Below are positions 11,847 to 24,215 of a stretch of DNA of 64,000 nt, piece after piece (the stretch's first letter is position 1; each line of letters begins with the position of its first letter). This DNA comes from Octopus vulgaris (taxonomy: Eukaryota): positions 58,342,001-58,406,000 of the forward strand of contig OX597821.1 of the NCBI GenBank assembly GCA_951406725.2, given 5' to 3'. The position numbers were made by a program, and so were the translations under genes. Below the pieces are notes generated by a model. The model was not told where the DNA came from, did no database searches, and saw only the letters and a program-made list of their open reading frames with translations.

Positions 11847-14800
11847 TAAGTGATGACACTCTTTTTGTCTATATCAACTTGTTACTAAACTTGAACAAAG
11901 GAACTTGCTGAAGAAATGGATGTGTGGCTTCTGTGTTAACAAAATCACTTGCAAGATATCTCACTAGAAATATGGCCTTTGTGTGTTTACTCATATCTAG
12001 GGAATATACCCAACTTGGGGCACATTTTAACAATCCTAACCCTCAACCTGTTTTATCATTGCTTTTTCCTTTGTGAGATTTATTTGGTACATCAGTTTGA
12101 ATTTTCTATGGGTGCACTTTATAATCACATGGTTTAAGTTCAGTCCCACTACATGGCACCTTGGGCAAGTGTCTTCCGCTATAGCCTTAGCCAACCACTG
12201 CTTTGTGAATGAATTTGACAGAAACTGTGTGGAAGCCTCATGTCATTTATCACTTAACATCCATTTGTGTGTGTGTGTGTATTTTGTATATATATATATA
12301 TATATATATATATAAGCCTGGGCTGCTCTCCAGCTGGCCAGCCCCTGTCAAACTGTCCAACTCCTGCCACCATGGTAAATGGATGATAAATGATGGCGAT
12401 ATCTATCTAGCTGTCTATATATATGAATGTATGTGCATAAGCGAGCGTGTGTGTGTGTGTGCACGCGCGTGCCTTTGTGCTTGTATTTGTCCCCCACACC
12501 TCTTGACAACCAGTGTTGGTTTGTTTACATACTCATAACTTAACCGCTCAATAAAAGAGAATGATAGAATAAATATCACACTTTAAAAAAAAAAACATAA
12601 GAACTAGGTTTGAATTATTTGAGTAAAATTTTTCCAGAGCAGTGCCCGAGCATGGCCAAAGTCCATTGATTGAAACAAGTAAAAAAAAAACGAATACTTT
12701 CCAACATTTCTTCATTAAGGCAGCAAGTTGGCAGAAATGTTAGCATGCTGGGTGAAATGCTTAGCAGTATTTTGTCTGCTGCTACATTCTGAGTTCAAAT
12801 TCCACTGGGGTCGACTTTGCCTTTTATCCTTGATTCTCTTACTCTATTATCACCTGATTCCTGACAGTAGTTCTGCACTATCCATCACAGAATCAGTCAG
12901 TAGTTTGTAGCTGACATTGTCACTGTGCAATATATTATACCATAAATCTCTCTAACTCCCCTTAAAAGCACCTGTGCTGGTGCTGTGTTAACACACCCAT
13001 GCTGGTGCCCCATAAACGCACGTCCATGCTGGTGGCACTGCATTAACACACCTGTGCCAGTGGCACATAAAGAGCACCCAGCACACTCTGTTAAGTGGTT
13101 GGCATTAGGAAGGGCATCCAACTGTAGAAACCATGCCTCAACAGACAGTTGGGAGTCTGGACAGCTCCCTCCTGCTAGCCAGCTCCATATCAAACCATCC
13201 AAACCATGCCAGCATGGAAAGTGGATGCAAAACGATGATGATGATTAGCATTGTCTAAAAATGTGCAACCAAAATATGTAATCCTTATGCATGGCATGAA
13301 CTTGAAGCCTGAAATTGATGAGGAGAAATAGGATATTATGATATTCATAAAAAAAAAAAAAGATTAAGTCTTTTGCTCCGTATGGAGGCCATCAACGATA
13401 TTTCTCAACTGTTTTAATTTCTGGGCTGTCTTTTCTGCTTTCAGCCTTGCTTCCACTTCTCTTGTGGATTCCATCTCAACTTACACATCAGACATATGTT
13501 CCCTGAGGGAAATCCTTCCCTCTCAGGTCTTGTTGATGCCACTTAAAAAGCATCCAGTCCACATTGTAAAGTGGTTGGCATTTGGAAGGGCATCCAGCAG
13601 TAAAAAACATGCCAAAACCAACCTCACTTGTGCTTGTGCCATGTAAAAAGCACTTGGTCCACTCTACTGGGTGGTGAGAGCTAGGAAGGGTACTCAGCCA
13701 TAAAAACCCTGCCAAAACAAACACAGAAGTCTGGTGCAGGTTCCTGCATGGCCAGCACCTGTCAAACTGTTCAACCCATGCCAACATGGAAGGCAGACGT
13801 TAAATGATGATGATGATGATGATGATAATGATCAATGCTTCTGTAACTTTGCTTTTTTCTACGCATGGATTTTAGCCCTAAGCAAATCCGTTTTTATCCC
13901 TGGAATGAGGTGGTCAATATTAGTGGCAAGCTGGCAGAAGCATTAGCACATCAGACAAAATGCTGATGAGCATTTTGTCCATTTTTATGTACTGAGTTCA
14001 AATTCCAATGAGGTCAACTTTGCCTATCAACCTTTCAAGGTTTGTAGAATAAGTACCAGCTAAGCATTGGGGTCAATGTAATCGACTTAACCCCTCCCCC
14101 AGGATTGCTCGTCTTGTGCTAAAATATGAATCCATACTCATCTGGTCTCTATCTTTTGATCTGTCCAGCACGGGAAACCCTACTAGGAGCTTACACTCGG
14201 ATGGTACAGGTCTCAGGGGTCATTGAGGAACACAAGCCATCAGACCGCAACCAGAACCTATTTAGTAGGTTGTGATATTCATGCCTGATCTTAAACTCTG
14301 TACAGACATCAATAAATTTGTTGTTAGTGGCAGTAAATAAGTTAGAATTGGAAATTAGAGTTTGAAACTTCTTTTTGAATCCTATGCAACCTTAATTTTT
14401 CCTTTGAAAGAAACAAATGTCCCTGCTACAGCTTTTTCCTTCATTTACACTACAAATAGCATAGGAAATGTATGAGCACCACACATTCTTGTTTCTCCCT
14501 CTCTTCCTTCCAAAATATCTAATGTACACATTCATGCACACACACATGTACATACATACTACAGATCCAATCAATCACTTGAACAGTAAAAATCTGTAAA
14601 ACTTTCCAGAAGTTTGTCATTTAAATATATATGAGCATGTCTAGATATGTAACTATATACATGAGAATACATACATAAAATAAAACATACAAATCTGTAC
14701 ACATACACACATACATACAAACAAAAATAATCTATTGTTGATGTTGAAATTCCAATAAAGGAGTCTTGGATTTAGGTTAGAAAGCAGCTCCTTCTCTGTT

Positions 14801-15430
14801 GGTAAGAAATCTTGAAATAAAACTGAACAATGATGATTCATACATACTTTCATTACATATATACATAAACCAAACCACATTCAATATACAGACAAATCTA
14901 ATGGTATTTTATATAGATATGAATGTCTACAAATTCTGCAGTAACCCAAAATAGAAGAATTATAAATCTCACTTAATATTTATCAATAAAAAAAATTTAT
15001 TTTCAATAAAAAAAATCAATGTTTTCAATATAAAAGCATACTACCATCACCACGCAATGGTCAGAGCTAGAATACTTTTGATCATAGGTCTATCTGCCTG
15101 ATCAGGGCTGACTAGGAACTAAACAACAACAAAATCTTTGATTTGAAGCCGACACGAAAGCCTGTATAGGATCACCCAATCTGTTAGAAACAGCAGCTAA
15201 ATCACTCTCAAATACATCTTATAGTCTTAAAAAATAAGACACTGAAGAATAAAGTGTAGGGCATACATCATCATCATCGTTAACCCTTCAGCATTTAAAC
15301 CAGTTATATCCAGTCAAAATATTCTACCTGTTCTATGTTCAAACGAGCCAGACCTGGCCTTTCATATCTATCCTACAATGCAATCTAGAAATAAATAATC
15401 ACATCATTGAAATCTCAAAGCCATAAGATA

Positions 15431-15643
15431 TTTTCTACTCTAGGCACAAGGTCCGAAATTTTGGGGGAGGGGGCCAGTCAGTTAGATCGACCCCAGTATG
15501 CAACTGGTACTTAATTTATCGACTCCAAAAGAGGAAAGGCAAAGTCGACTTTGGCGGAATTTGAACTCAGAACATAAAGACAGACGAAATATCGCTAAGC
15601 ATTTTGCCCGGTGAGCTAACGTTTCTGCCAGCTCGCTGTCTTG
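15431..15643 (-). mobile_element. tRNA-derived SINE, family B (Nin/Deu-like core), with a 14-bp TSD
   Basis: Head gcgagctggcagaaacgttagc...gagttcaaattcc and core ttgcctttc...gtcgataaattaagtacc. Flanked by aaagccataagata at 15417-15430 and 15644-15657. Confidence 0.9.
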
Positions 15644-15706
15644 AAAGCCATAAGATAATGAAACTCAGATAAGTCTCAGCCAGAACTGGCCCAGGCCATG
15701 TCTAAC

Positions 15707-15990
15707 TTAATAGCACCACTTGGAAAGGACATTTAATGATTGTTTCATATTACAGTCTTTCTTTGGACCCCTTAGCCTGTTTGAATAAGAGTTATTATTT
15801 CCGAGTGTAGATAGTTTATCTGGAATTTGATGGAGATATTCGTCCAGGATTTGTTTGAATGTTATGAGATCTTTTTCTTCTCTTATGTGCCATGGCATAA
15901 CTAATTGAAAACAATTTGAACAAATAAGCATCACATTTGACAAAGTTATCTGAATGCTAAAGATTCGTGTCCACTTTTCAATCCTTGCCA
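15707..15990 (-). mobile_element. CR1/L2-group LINE ORF2 C-terminal remnant
   Basis: FKQILDEYLHQIPD resembles the FK..LD..L..IPD terminus of CR1-group ORF2. Confidence 0.5.
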
Positions 15991-17123
15991 AAGTCAGATG
16001 AAATTTAGTAAGGCCGATTTTCTAAGGCTGGTTGCTGTTCATGTTACCAACATTCACCCATTTTCAAGTAAGCTAATATATCCACTCTAACCTCTCAACT
16101 GGCACAAGATCACCTCCTCCAATAACACCCTCCCCTCTCAAAAAATCTTTGTCTCATGAATTACTTGGTGACCCTCATCAGTGCTGGTGCTATGTAAAAT
16201 AAGATCCAGTCCACAGTGTTAAAGTGGTTTGCCTTAAGAAGGGCATCAAGCCATAGAAACCATGCCAAAACAGACAGTGAAGCTTCTGGCTAGACAACTC
16301 CTGTCAAACTGTCGAACCCGTGCCAGCATGGACAGAGGACGTTAAACAATGATGATGATGATGACAATGATGAAGACGATGATCATCATCATCCCCATGT
16401 TTTTAAAGAAGATTGGAAATGAAGGACACCACTTGCTTGATGATGACACTCAACCATCACTTGGTGTCACGGCAAGGATATGGTAACACACACATGCATG
16501 CACATGCACACACACACACTAACTCCATTCATAAGGTTTTGGTTGAACTGGAGCTTTAGTGGGAAACCGTGGGAGCTGCAGTTGAGAACCACTAATCTAA
16601 ATTCAGAATTAAAGGGTCGTTAATACTGCAACAACGTTTTTGTTTTTGCTGCCCTGTAAAAGTGTAGCCAGAGCATGTACCACTCAGGCAGCCCTTGAGT
16701 TAATCCCCACCTCAGGGACCCCCAGTTATGCTATAAAGGCTTATACAGCAGACTCAAAAGTGCTGCCTTCACAAAAGTGGTTACTGGAGTCAGCTCACCC
16801 CATCACCCCACTGCAGCTACGCTACTTATTGCTATTATTGTTTAATCCAAGGTCAACTCAGATCAAGCAAATCTTAGATCAAAAGTGTTTCAGCAAGGAC
16901 TACCCTGTATTTTTTTTTCTTTTATTGGTATCAGTCATTTGACTGTGGCCATGCTGGAGCACCGCCTTTGGTCGAACAAATCAACCCCAGGACTTACTCT
17001 GTAAACTTAGTACTTATTCTATCGGCTTCTTTTGCTGAACCACTAAATTACAGGGGCATAAACACACCAACATTGGTTATCAAACAATGGTGGGAGGACA
17101 AACACAGTCATACAAACATATAC

Positions 17124-17172
<49 letters not shown>

Positions 17173-17599
17173 AGGCTTCTTTCAATTTCTGTCTACCAAA
17201 TCCACTCACAAGGCTTTGGTCAGCCCAAGGCTATAGTAGAAGACACTTGCCCAAAGTGCCATGCAGTGGGACTGAACCCGGAACCATGTGGTTGGTAAGC
17301 AAGCTACTTACCACACAGCCACTCCTACGCCAATGTATTTTTTTCTTTGGGGGTGTTCAAGAATACAGATGATTTAGGGGTGATTTTATTGTTATTTGTA
17401 GCAAGTCAATCAACAACATATGGCTTGTTTATGTTTTTCATAGTTGCCAAAGGAGGAGGTGGTTGACGATTGAATCAATCTTATCTCTTCTTGCTATCCC
17501 CAGTATATATCTGGTTCTTAGTGTGATGATTCGCAAGTTAAACTGAATGGGAACGTCCAGCATGGTTTGATCTGAACTCCACTCGAAAGAGTATAACTA

Positions 17600-17970
17600 A
17601 TGCAGTCGCATGGCCTGCTAGAAATAACAGCCAAATCACACTACCATCTTTGAAAAAAGTGCAGACATAATGGATAATGTTATCTTAAACATACAATATT
17701 TGGGGGTAAAAAGTTTGACCTCAAACTTAGATCAGGCTTATTTTGAACTGTGTTTGACCTGAGCTCAAAAGAAATAAAAAGCTAGACAGCATACGAGCTA
17801 ACGAGACTCTTTATGTAGTCGCTCGACTCGCTAGAAATAATAACCAAATCTCTCTCACTTCGCACCCTAACCTCTTAAATAAGGAAAGGGATAGGTTGTG
17901 TTGTTCTAGACACACCCCTAAAAAGATAGGTGAAACCGATCGGGGCTGACCTGGGGCTAAATAGAATCAC
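17600..17970 (+). repeat. Old interspersed repeat family D (two adjacent copies)
   Basis: Recurrent motif ctgctagaaatagcagccaaatc...accgtcttaaaa...gatcagggctgacctggggctaaacaacaac. Also near 6240, 15050-15240, 21670-21840, 24860-25040, 29750-29940(-), 30490-30700, 31060-31250 and 52700. Confidence 0.65.
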
Positions 17971-18419
17971 CTAGTAGAAAGGCATCCAGCGATCTAAAAT
18001 TTCGTTCCTGCTGCTACGTTGCCGTCGAGTGTCATAATAATGACTTAAGCTGCTTAGATGTGATTTAATAAATTAATAAATATACATCTCACACACATAC
18101 CCATCACATCTTCCTTCTGTCTGGACATAACTTATCGATTTCATTGACTGAGAGAGTAAAGGCCTCAGATTTATGAGGCAGAAAAGAAATTCGATATATT
18201 TCTACGCTTTGTGTTTTGTCCAAAGGCATTTATCAGCATAAATGAAGTCTTAGTATTCTTTTATAACTCCAACTCCATTCACATCTCAGATGCTTTATCG
18301 GAATATTAAATCGACCACTATTGCTTTCACTTGTATCATATTTCATCGACCTCAGAAGGATGAAAGGCCAAAGTTGACTTCGGTCTGATTTGAACTTGGA
18401 ATGCAAAGTACCGCAATTA

Positions 18420-18830
18420 GATATCCTTTTCTTTTCTAGGCACAAGGCCCGAAATTTTGAAGGAGGGAGCCAGTCGATTAAATCGACCCCAGTACACAAT
18501 TGGTACATAATTTATCGACCCCGTAAGGATACAGGCAAAGTCGACCTCAGCGGAATTTGAACTCAGAACGTAAAGACAGACGAAATACCTATTTTTTTTA
18601 CAACCCACAAGGGGCTAAACACAGAGAGGACAAAAAAGGACAGACAAACGGATTAAGTCGAATATATCGACCCCAGTGCGTAACTGGTACTTATTTAATC
18701 GACCCCAGTGTGTAACTGGTACTTATTTAATCGACCCCGAAAGGATGAAAGGCAAAGTCGACCTCGGCGGAATTTGAACTCAGAACGTAGCGGCAGACGA
18801 AATACCGCTAAGCATTTCGCCCGGCGCACA
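18420..18830 (-). mobile_element. SINE family B tandem dimer (long-tail copy followed by short-tail copy)
   Basis: Two successive heads (gagttcaaattccgc) and Nin-like cores, an internal duplication of atcgaccccagtgNgtaactggtacttatttaat, and CpGs retained. Confidence 0.85.
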
Positions 18831-19226
18831 AGGCATTTTATCTGAAACTCTAATGATTCTGCAAATCACATCGCCTTGTATATTTGTAAATGAGACAATG
18901 CAGTTTTGTGCAGGTTTTCGCTGAGAATCGAAACCCAATCCTCGGAATCGGCTAGATAGCTTACAAACGTTATGCTAAACAAAATTTCCCCATCACTACC
19001 ACAACTAACATAATCATCATAGTTTGTTACAAAGAGTTCCTCTTTTAAATTATAGATATTTCTTCTTACTTCCACCACCATCACCACCCCACACACACAC
19101 ACACACAAACACTAATAGAGATTTCTGGACATGTATTCAAAGCATAGAGACATCTAATCAGGGACGAGGTAGAGATCTATTTGTACAGACCGACCCAACC
19201 ACTAGCTTGTATATGTGCGCGCTGAC

Positions 19227-19254
19227 CTGCAAACAAGCGATATCCACGTGTACG
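19227..19254 (-). CDS. Candidate 28-nt microexon (xVHVDIACLQ) of an unidentified minus-strand gene
   Basis: Minus strand: tcttgtttctttttttttcactatttag|CGTACACGTGGATATCGCTTGTTTGCAG|gtcagc. Very strong acceptor and a moderate donor, in unique sequence. Confidence 0.45.
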
Positions 19255-20777
19255 CTAAATAGTGAAAAAAAAAGAAACAAGATCGCATTTTCATGTCCAG
19301 TAAATAATTCTTAAATAAACATGGCACATGCATGAAAATATAGTTGTTGTTGTCAATGCTAATCAAGCAAACATGTGGTTAATCAAGGGCGTTGTAACCA
19401 TGACCACCTCATACAACAATTTTTCTTTTAATTTTTTCATAGTGCATCTAGGACTACGCAAATAAATCTTTTTCTTTGTTATTGTTTTTTCTTCAGACAG
19501 GCGCAGGCATGGCTGTATGACTAAGAAACTCGCTTTGCAGCCACGTGGTTTTGGGTTCTGTCCCAATGCGCGGCACCTTGGGCAAGTGTCTTCTCCCTAC
19601 AGCTTTGGGCCGAACCAATGGCTTCTGAGTAGATTTGGTACACGGAAACTCGTGTGGAAACCCGTTGAATGTGTGTGTGCTTGTCACCCATCACCACTTG
19701 ACAACCGCAGTTGGTTTGTTTACGTCTCCTTTATTGCACATAAATTTTAACAACAAAATAATCTTATATGGACCCCAGTTTAGAGTCACTGGGGTTGACG
19801 GAAACGGAGAGGAAGTTCGTTAGATGGCTAATCCCTGTAATTCAAAGCTGCAGACTTGACGCATTTTGTTTGACACTGATTCGACCAGAGAATTACGTTA
19901 TAAGGACACACGTGTCCGAAGAAGATATTCATCCACTTACACGTTAACCTAACGTTAATCTAGTTCAGCCGATCATCGAACGAACTGAATGCTTGTCGTT
20001 GAAATCGAAGGCGAACGATTTATCAATAGCCCATCCTTTACGTCAGCGGGTTTTCATTCGTGGAGAAGTAATAAATCTTCGAACATTTGTGATTTTTATC
20101 CCATGGGTATTAAAGAGATTTGAATACGATATTAGGTCGGGAGGGTAGGCGGGATGGATCGGTAAATACATACATGCATAAAAAAACAATGTATACACGC
20201 ACGCATGCGCGCGCGGTGTTTTGTTCTTATGTCAAGTTAGATATAAAAACAATTTAACGTTAAACTGAAAGATTATTCAATGCTTTTAGAAGAGAACATA
20301 TTTATTAAAACTTGTACAAGAAACTGGATGAAACTTAAACCTTTTCTTTGTAAACTTCGAAGTCAAAGTTTAATAAATACACACACACACACACATACAT
20401 ACATACATCATCGTCCTCCGTCATCGTTTTAACATCCACTCTCCTATGCTGTCGCCAACCCCCAACTGTTTCCAAGTAAGGTAATATTTCCATACAACCA
20501 GACGTGTTTTCACGAAAGATTGGAAACGAAGGACACTGCTTGCACAACGGTGACACTCGTTTACAATTATCATGTAAATCAATTCCATGCAGACAGTAAC
20601 GCGCGCGCGCGTGTATCTCTTCACAAAGCTTTGGTCGGCCCGGGGCTATAACCGAAGACACTTGTCTAGAGTGCGACACAACGGGATTGAACCCGAATCC
20701 ATGTAGTTGGGAAGCAAACTGCTTACTACACAGCCACGCCTGCGCCATGTATGTATGTATGTATGTTACATGCAACG

Positions 20778-20899
20778 CACTAGCGTAGCTGGGGACGATG
20801 GTAGGGGTGGTCTGCTGTAGGCAATATGTTTTTTGTAGGTTCCGGGGGCGGCAAACGGAAAGGCTGCCCCGGGCGGCACACACTCTAGCTACGCTAGCG
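20778..20899. mobile_element. Short hAT-like MITE
   Basis: TIRs cactagcgtagct / agctacgctagcg; degenerate 8-bp TSD atgcaacg / atgcgatg. Related copies near 42640-42800 and 45720-45880. Confidence 0.65.
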
Positions 20900-21036
20900 A
20901 TGCGATGTGAAATATCCGAGTATAGGAGTTGGGATAAATGCAAAGTTTTGTGGGACAGCAGCTTTTAACGTCCCTCTCAGACTCGTGGCATCGATGGTCA
21001 GTCGGATCTTCAGTAATGTACAGGTACCCTCTAAAT

Positions 21037-21660
21037 CGGTGGTACTCAACCAATGTTTACCTATGGACCCCTTTTTGATTCCTATTTTATCTGGGTGGAC
21101 CCCCAGAGCCATTCCCTGTTTTTTAAAATCCTATTACGTTTCTTTAATCAAATATTATTTATGAATTGTATAAATAAACTAGCAGTATAGCCCGGCGTTG
21201 CTCGGATCTATTTTGTTTTCGACTTGCATTATGTAGCTTGTTATTATCTTTAAGTGAATATTTTCCAGGTTGAAATACACCGAAAAATGGCGACACAGCA
21301 GTCAAAAAATCGTAAAAAACAGGGATTTTCATAGAGAAAAAAAATCACCTTTTTGATGTAAATAATTTTTGGTCTTAACATGATCCGATTTGAATTTTTT
21401 CTTCTACGGAATGAAGAGCAAGCCTTCTTCTATCATACTCTCAATTTTGGTCAACTTGCGCCGCAGAGTCTCGGAGGGGATAGTGTTAGTTGAAGGCTAC
21501 CAAACCTGCCACACACAGACAACTTCAGCTTTATATATAAAGATTGTTGAAATATTTTGTGTATTCTGGAAGTATAACCAATTCATTGCAAATAAATTCT
21601 AACAAAATCTTGTATGGAACCCACCCCAAGGGTCATATGAACCCCGGTTGAGAACCACTG
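21037..21660. mobile_element. hAT (Charlie-like) MITE carrying a nested Helitron
   Basis: TIRs cggtggtactcaacc / ggttgagaaccactg; 8-bp TSD ctctaaat (21029-21036) / ctctaatt (21661-21668). Sister copies at about 24400-24675 and 26540-26775 (reverse). Confidence 0.85.
21179..21543 (-). mobile_element. Non-autonomous Helitron (365 bp)
   Basis: Minus strand starts A|TCTTTATATATAAAG and ends with hairpin ccgagcaacgccggg + ctatactgCTAG|T. Inserted between A and T with no TSD. Confidence 0.9.
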
Positions 21661-22115
21661 CTCTAATTAGTCACTTGACTTGCAACAGAAATAGCAGCCA
21701 AATCACCTCCAAATCAAACTTTACCATTTTAAAAGAATATTTCGGATATTGTTTGCCTTGAATGCACAATACCTGAATAAGGAAAAAGACGAGATGGTCA
21801 TAGTTGGAACATCGTCAATCGGCCCTAAACTGAAGCTAATCTTGTTAGATTAGCTCCAGTTTAATGTAGACAGGGTGGTAATTCCAGAGGGTTCTGAGAA
21901 GGAATTATTTAATAGGGTTTAAGAGAAGTATCGAGTGGGATGTGATAGGATAAGGATAGCGAGAGGAAGAAACACGGGTGCATACAGTTTAAAGGTTTAG
22001 AGGACTGGAAACTTGATTGCGGACTCGGTTCGCCTGATCAATGTTACAGAGATATCAAGGATTTGGGATTGACACTGAGTGGCCACTATTACAAAATCGA
22101 GAGCTGGATACATTA

Positions 22116-22170
<55 letters not shown>

Positions 22171-22172
<2 letters not shown>

Positions 22173-22290
22173 CTGCCGACGAACGGGAACGTGAAACTCT
22201 GAGTAGCAATTTTTGCGATGATTTTGCATATTACTCTGCCTTCGGTATTCGAGTACTATTTTTCCCCACCTTGTTTTGCACTTATGTGCT
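22171..22290 (+). mobile_element. Penelope-like terminal fragment with a degenerate minimal hammerhead
   Basis: tgc-CGACGA-acg-ggaa-cgt-GAAA-ctc-t-gag-TA-gca (22174-22208) directly after a long (TA)n. The core lacks one base. Confidence 0.45.
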
Positions 22291-22869
22291 TACTCATGTG
22301 TTGCCGCCTGACTGGCTCCCGTGCCGGTGGCACGTAAAAGGCACCCACTACACTCTCGGAATGGTTGGCGTTAGGAAGGGCATCCACCTGTAGAAACCAT
22401 GCCAGATCAGATTGGAGCCTGGTACAGCATAGTGGCTTACCAACCCTCAATCAAACCGTCCAGACCATGCCAGCATGGGAAGCGGACGTTAAATGATGAT
22501 GGTAATAATGATTGATTATATATATATATATATATATATATATTCTTTTTTACTTGTTTCAATCATTGGACTGCTGCTACGCTGGGGCACAGTCTCGAAG
22601 GGTTTTAGTCGAAATCGACTCCAATACTATTTTTCAATTTGGTAATTATTCTATCAGTCTCTTTCTCGAAACCACTTGCTTACGGGGACATAAACAAACC
22701 AACACTTGTTCTCAAGCGGTGGAACGGGGGACACACGCGCACACTCATATACGACAGGCTTCTACACAGTTTCCATCGACGAAATTCACTCACAAGTCTT
22801 TGGTTGACCTGAGGCTATAGAAGAAGACACTTGCCCAAAGTTAGCTTCTTAGCTATAGAACCATACCAG

Positions 22870-23160
22870 TTTGTTCCTTCTCGACCCACGCTTGGCTCAT
22901 AAGGGCCGGTTTCCCGATTTCCTTGGCGTATAGGTTCCCCACCTGGACGGGACGCCGGTCCGTCGCAGGTGAGCTGCAAGATGCAGGAGGAAAGGGTGAA
23001 AGAAAGTTGTTTGCGAAAGAGTCAGCAGAAGTTCGCCATTACCATCTGCCGGAGCCGCGTGGAGCTTAGGTGTTTCGCTCATAAACACACACATCGCCCG
23101 GTCTGAGATTCGAGCCCGCGATCCCTCGACCGCGAGTCCGCTGCTCTAACCACTAGGCCA
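22870..23160 (-). mobile_element. Young tRNA-derived SINE, family C, with a V-domain-like 3' part
   Basis: Minus: tggcctagtggttagagcagcggactcgcggtcgagggatcgcgggctcgaatc (A/B boxes), then ...cctgcgacggaccggcgtcccgtccagg...; CpG-rich. Confidence 0.8.
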
Positions 23161-24010
23161 CAACCATACCTGTAGTAGACTAAAATAATCTTTTTAATCA
23201 AAACGGGTTTGCATTCTGTCATCGTTTCTGTACTGTATCCGTGACAAAGACACTTAACTCAGTGGCCCAGTCCATCAGACTATAGCCAGGCGTCACGCTG
23301 CAGTGCAGTTACGCCATACACCTGATTGAGACATTAAATCTCTGCAATTTAATTCACTGACTGACTACTAACAGCCGAGTTCACCTGGGTGGTATAGTAG
23401 TTCACCATTCCAAGCTGCAGCAAGTAACACGGTAGTTCACTGACTTGCAGAGCCGAATGTAGATGCTGCGACAAAAGTACAGCCGCCTGCCCAAGAGAAA
23501 AATATCAAATTTATCATCCATTCCATTACGGAATGGATGATAAATACTGCGTCTGTGACAAATATACTTGATTGTCTATGGTCCGTACATGTCAATAATA
23601 ACTAGTGCAATTCACAGCCGTGTATAACGAAAGGACTATAATTTTGACGAGTGCTTTGATACTGTCTATTGCTAGATTCCTATATACGTGTCATCTAATG
23701 GGTTTGGACAATGTCAGAAGCAGGTGATTTAACCTGTCTTGCGTATCACAGGTAATACAGATGACACATTGCCTTGGCGTCGTGCATTGTATATGATACG
23801 CATTCATTTATTTGTTTCAGTAATTTGACTGTGGCCATGCTGGAGCACCGCCTCTAGTCGAGCAAGTCGACCCCAGATCTTATTCTTTGTAAGCCTAGTA
23901 CTTATGCTATCGGTCTATTTTGCCGAACCGCTAAGTTACGGGGACATAAACACACCAGCGATGTTAGGGGGGACAAACACAGACACGCAAACATACACAC
24001 ATACACAGAC

Positions 24011-24048
<38 letters not shown>

Positions 24049-24059
24049 TATATATATAT

Positions 24060-24215
24060 ACAAAATGGGACAAGAACGCAAAACATCCGGACAGTTAGGT
24101 AATACAAAAATGGGACAACAAAACATCCAGATAGACGATACAAAGAAAACAAGGACGGGTCATTCGGAGTTTTCTTTCCTCAATCGAGTACCAGATTATC
24201 TTCGCAATTTCGGTT
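24060..24215. mobile_element. Small repeat inserted in the (TA)n tract of a family-A SINE (related copy at 28240-28380, opposite orientation)
   Basis: Flanked by TA repeats on both sides. Shares ggacaagaacg...gacgatacaa...atttcgg(c/t)tgat with the reverse complement of 28240-28380. Confidence 0.55.

Noticed and set aside
12854-12922. 69-nt minus-strand exon candidate (xDNVSYKLLTDSVMDSAELLSGI)
   Set aside because: Open only in phase 2-2, incompatible with the neighbouring phase-0 candidates, and the splice sites are weak.
19227-19254. DIACLQE resembling the EEP/APE nuclease D-I-x-C-L-Q-E motif
   Set aside because: The upstream catalytic Asn strand is absent and the motif is too close to the proposed start; likely coincidence, so no product is assigned.
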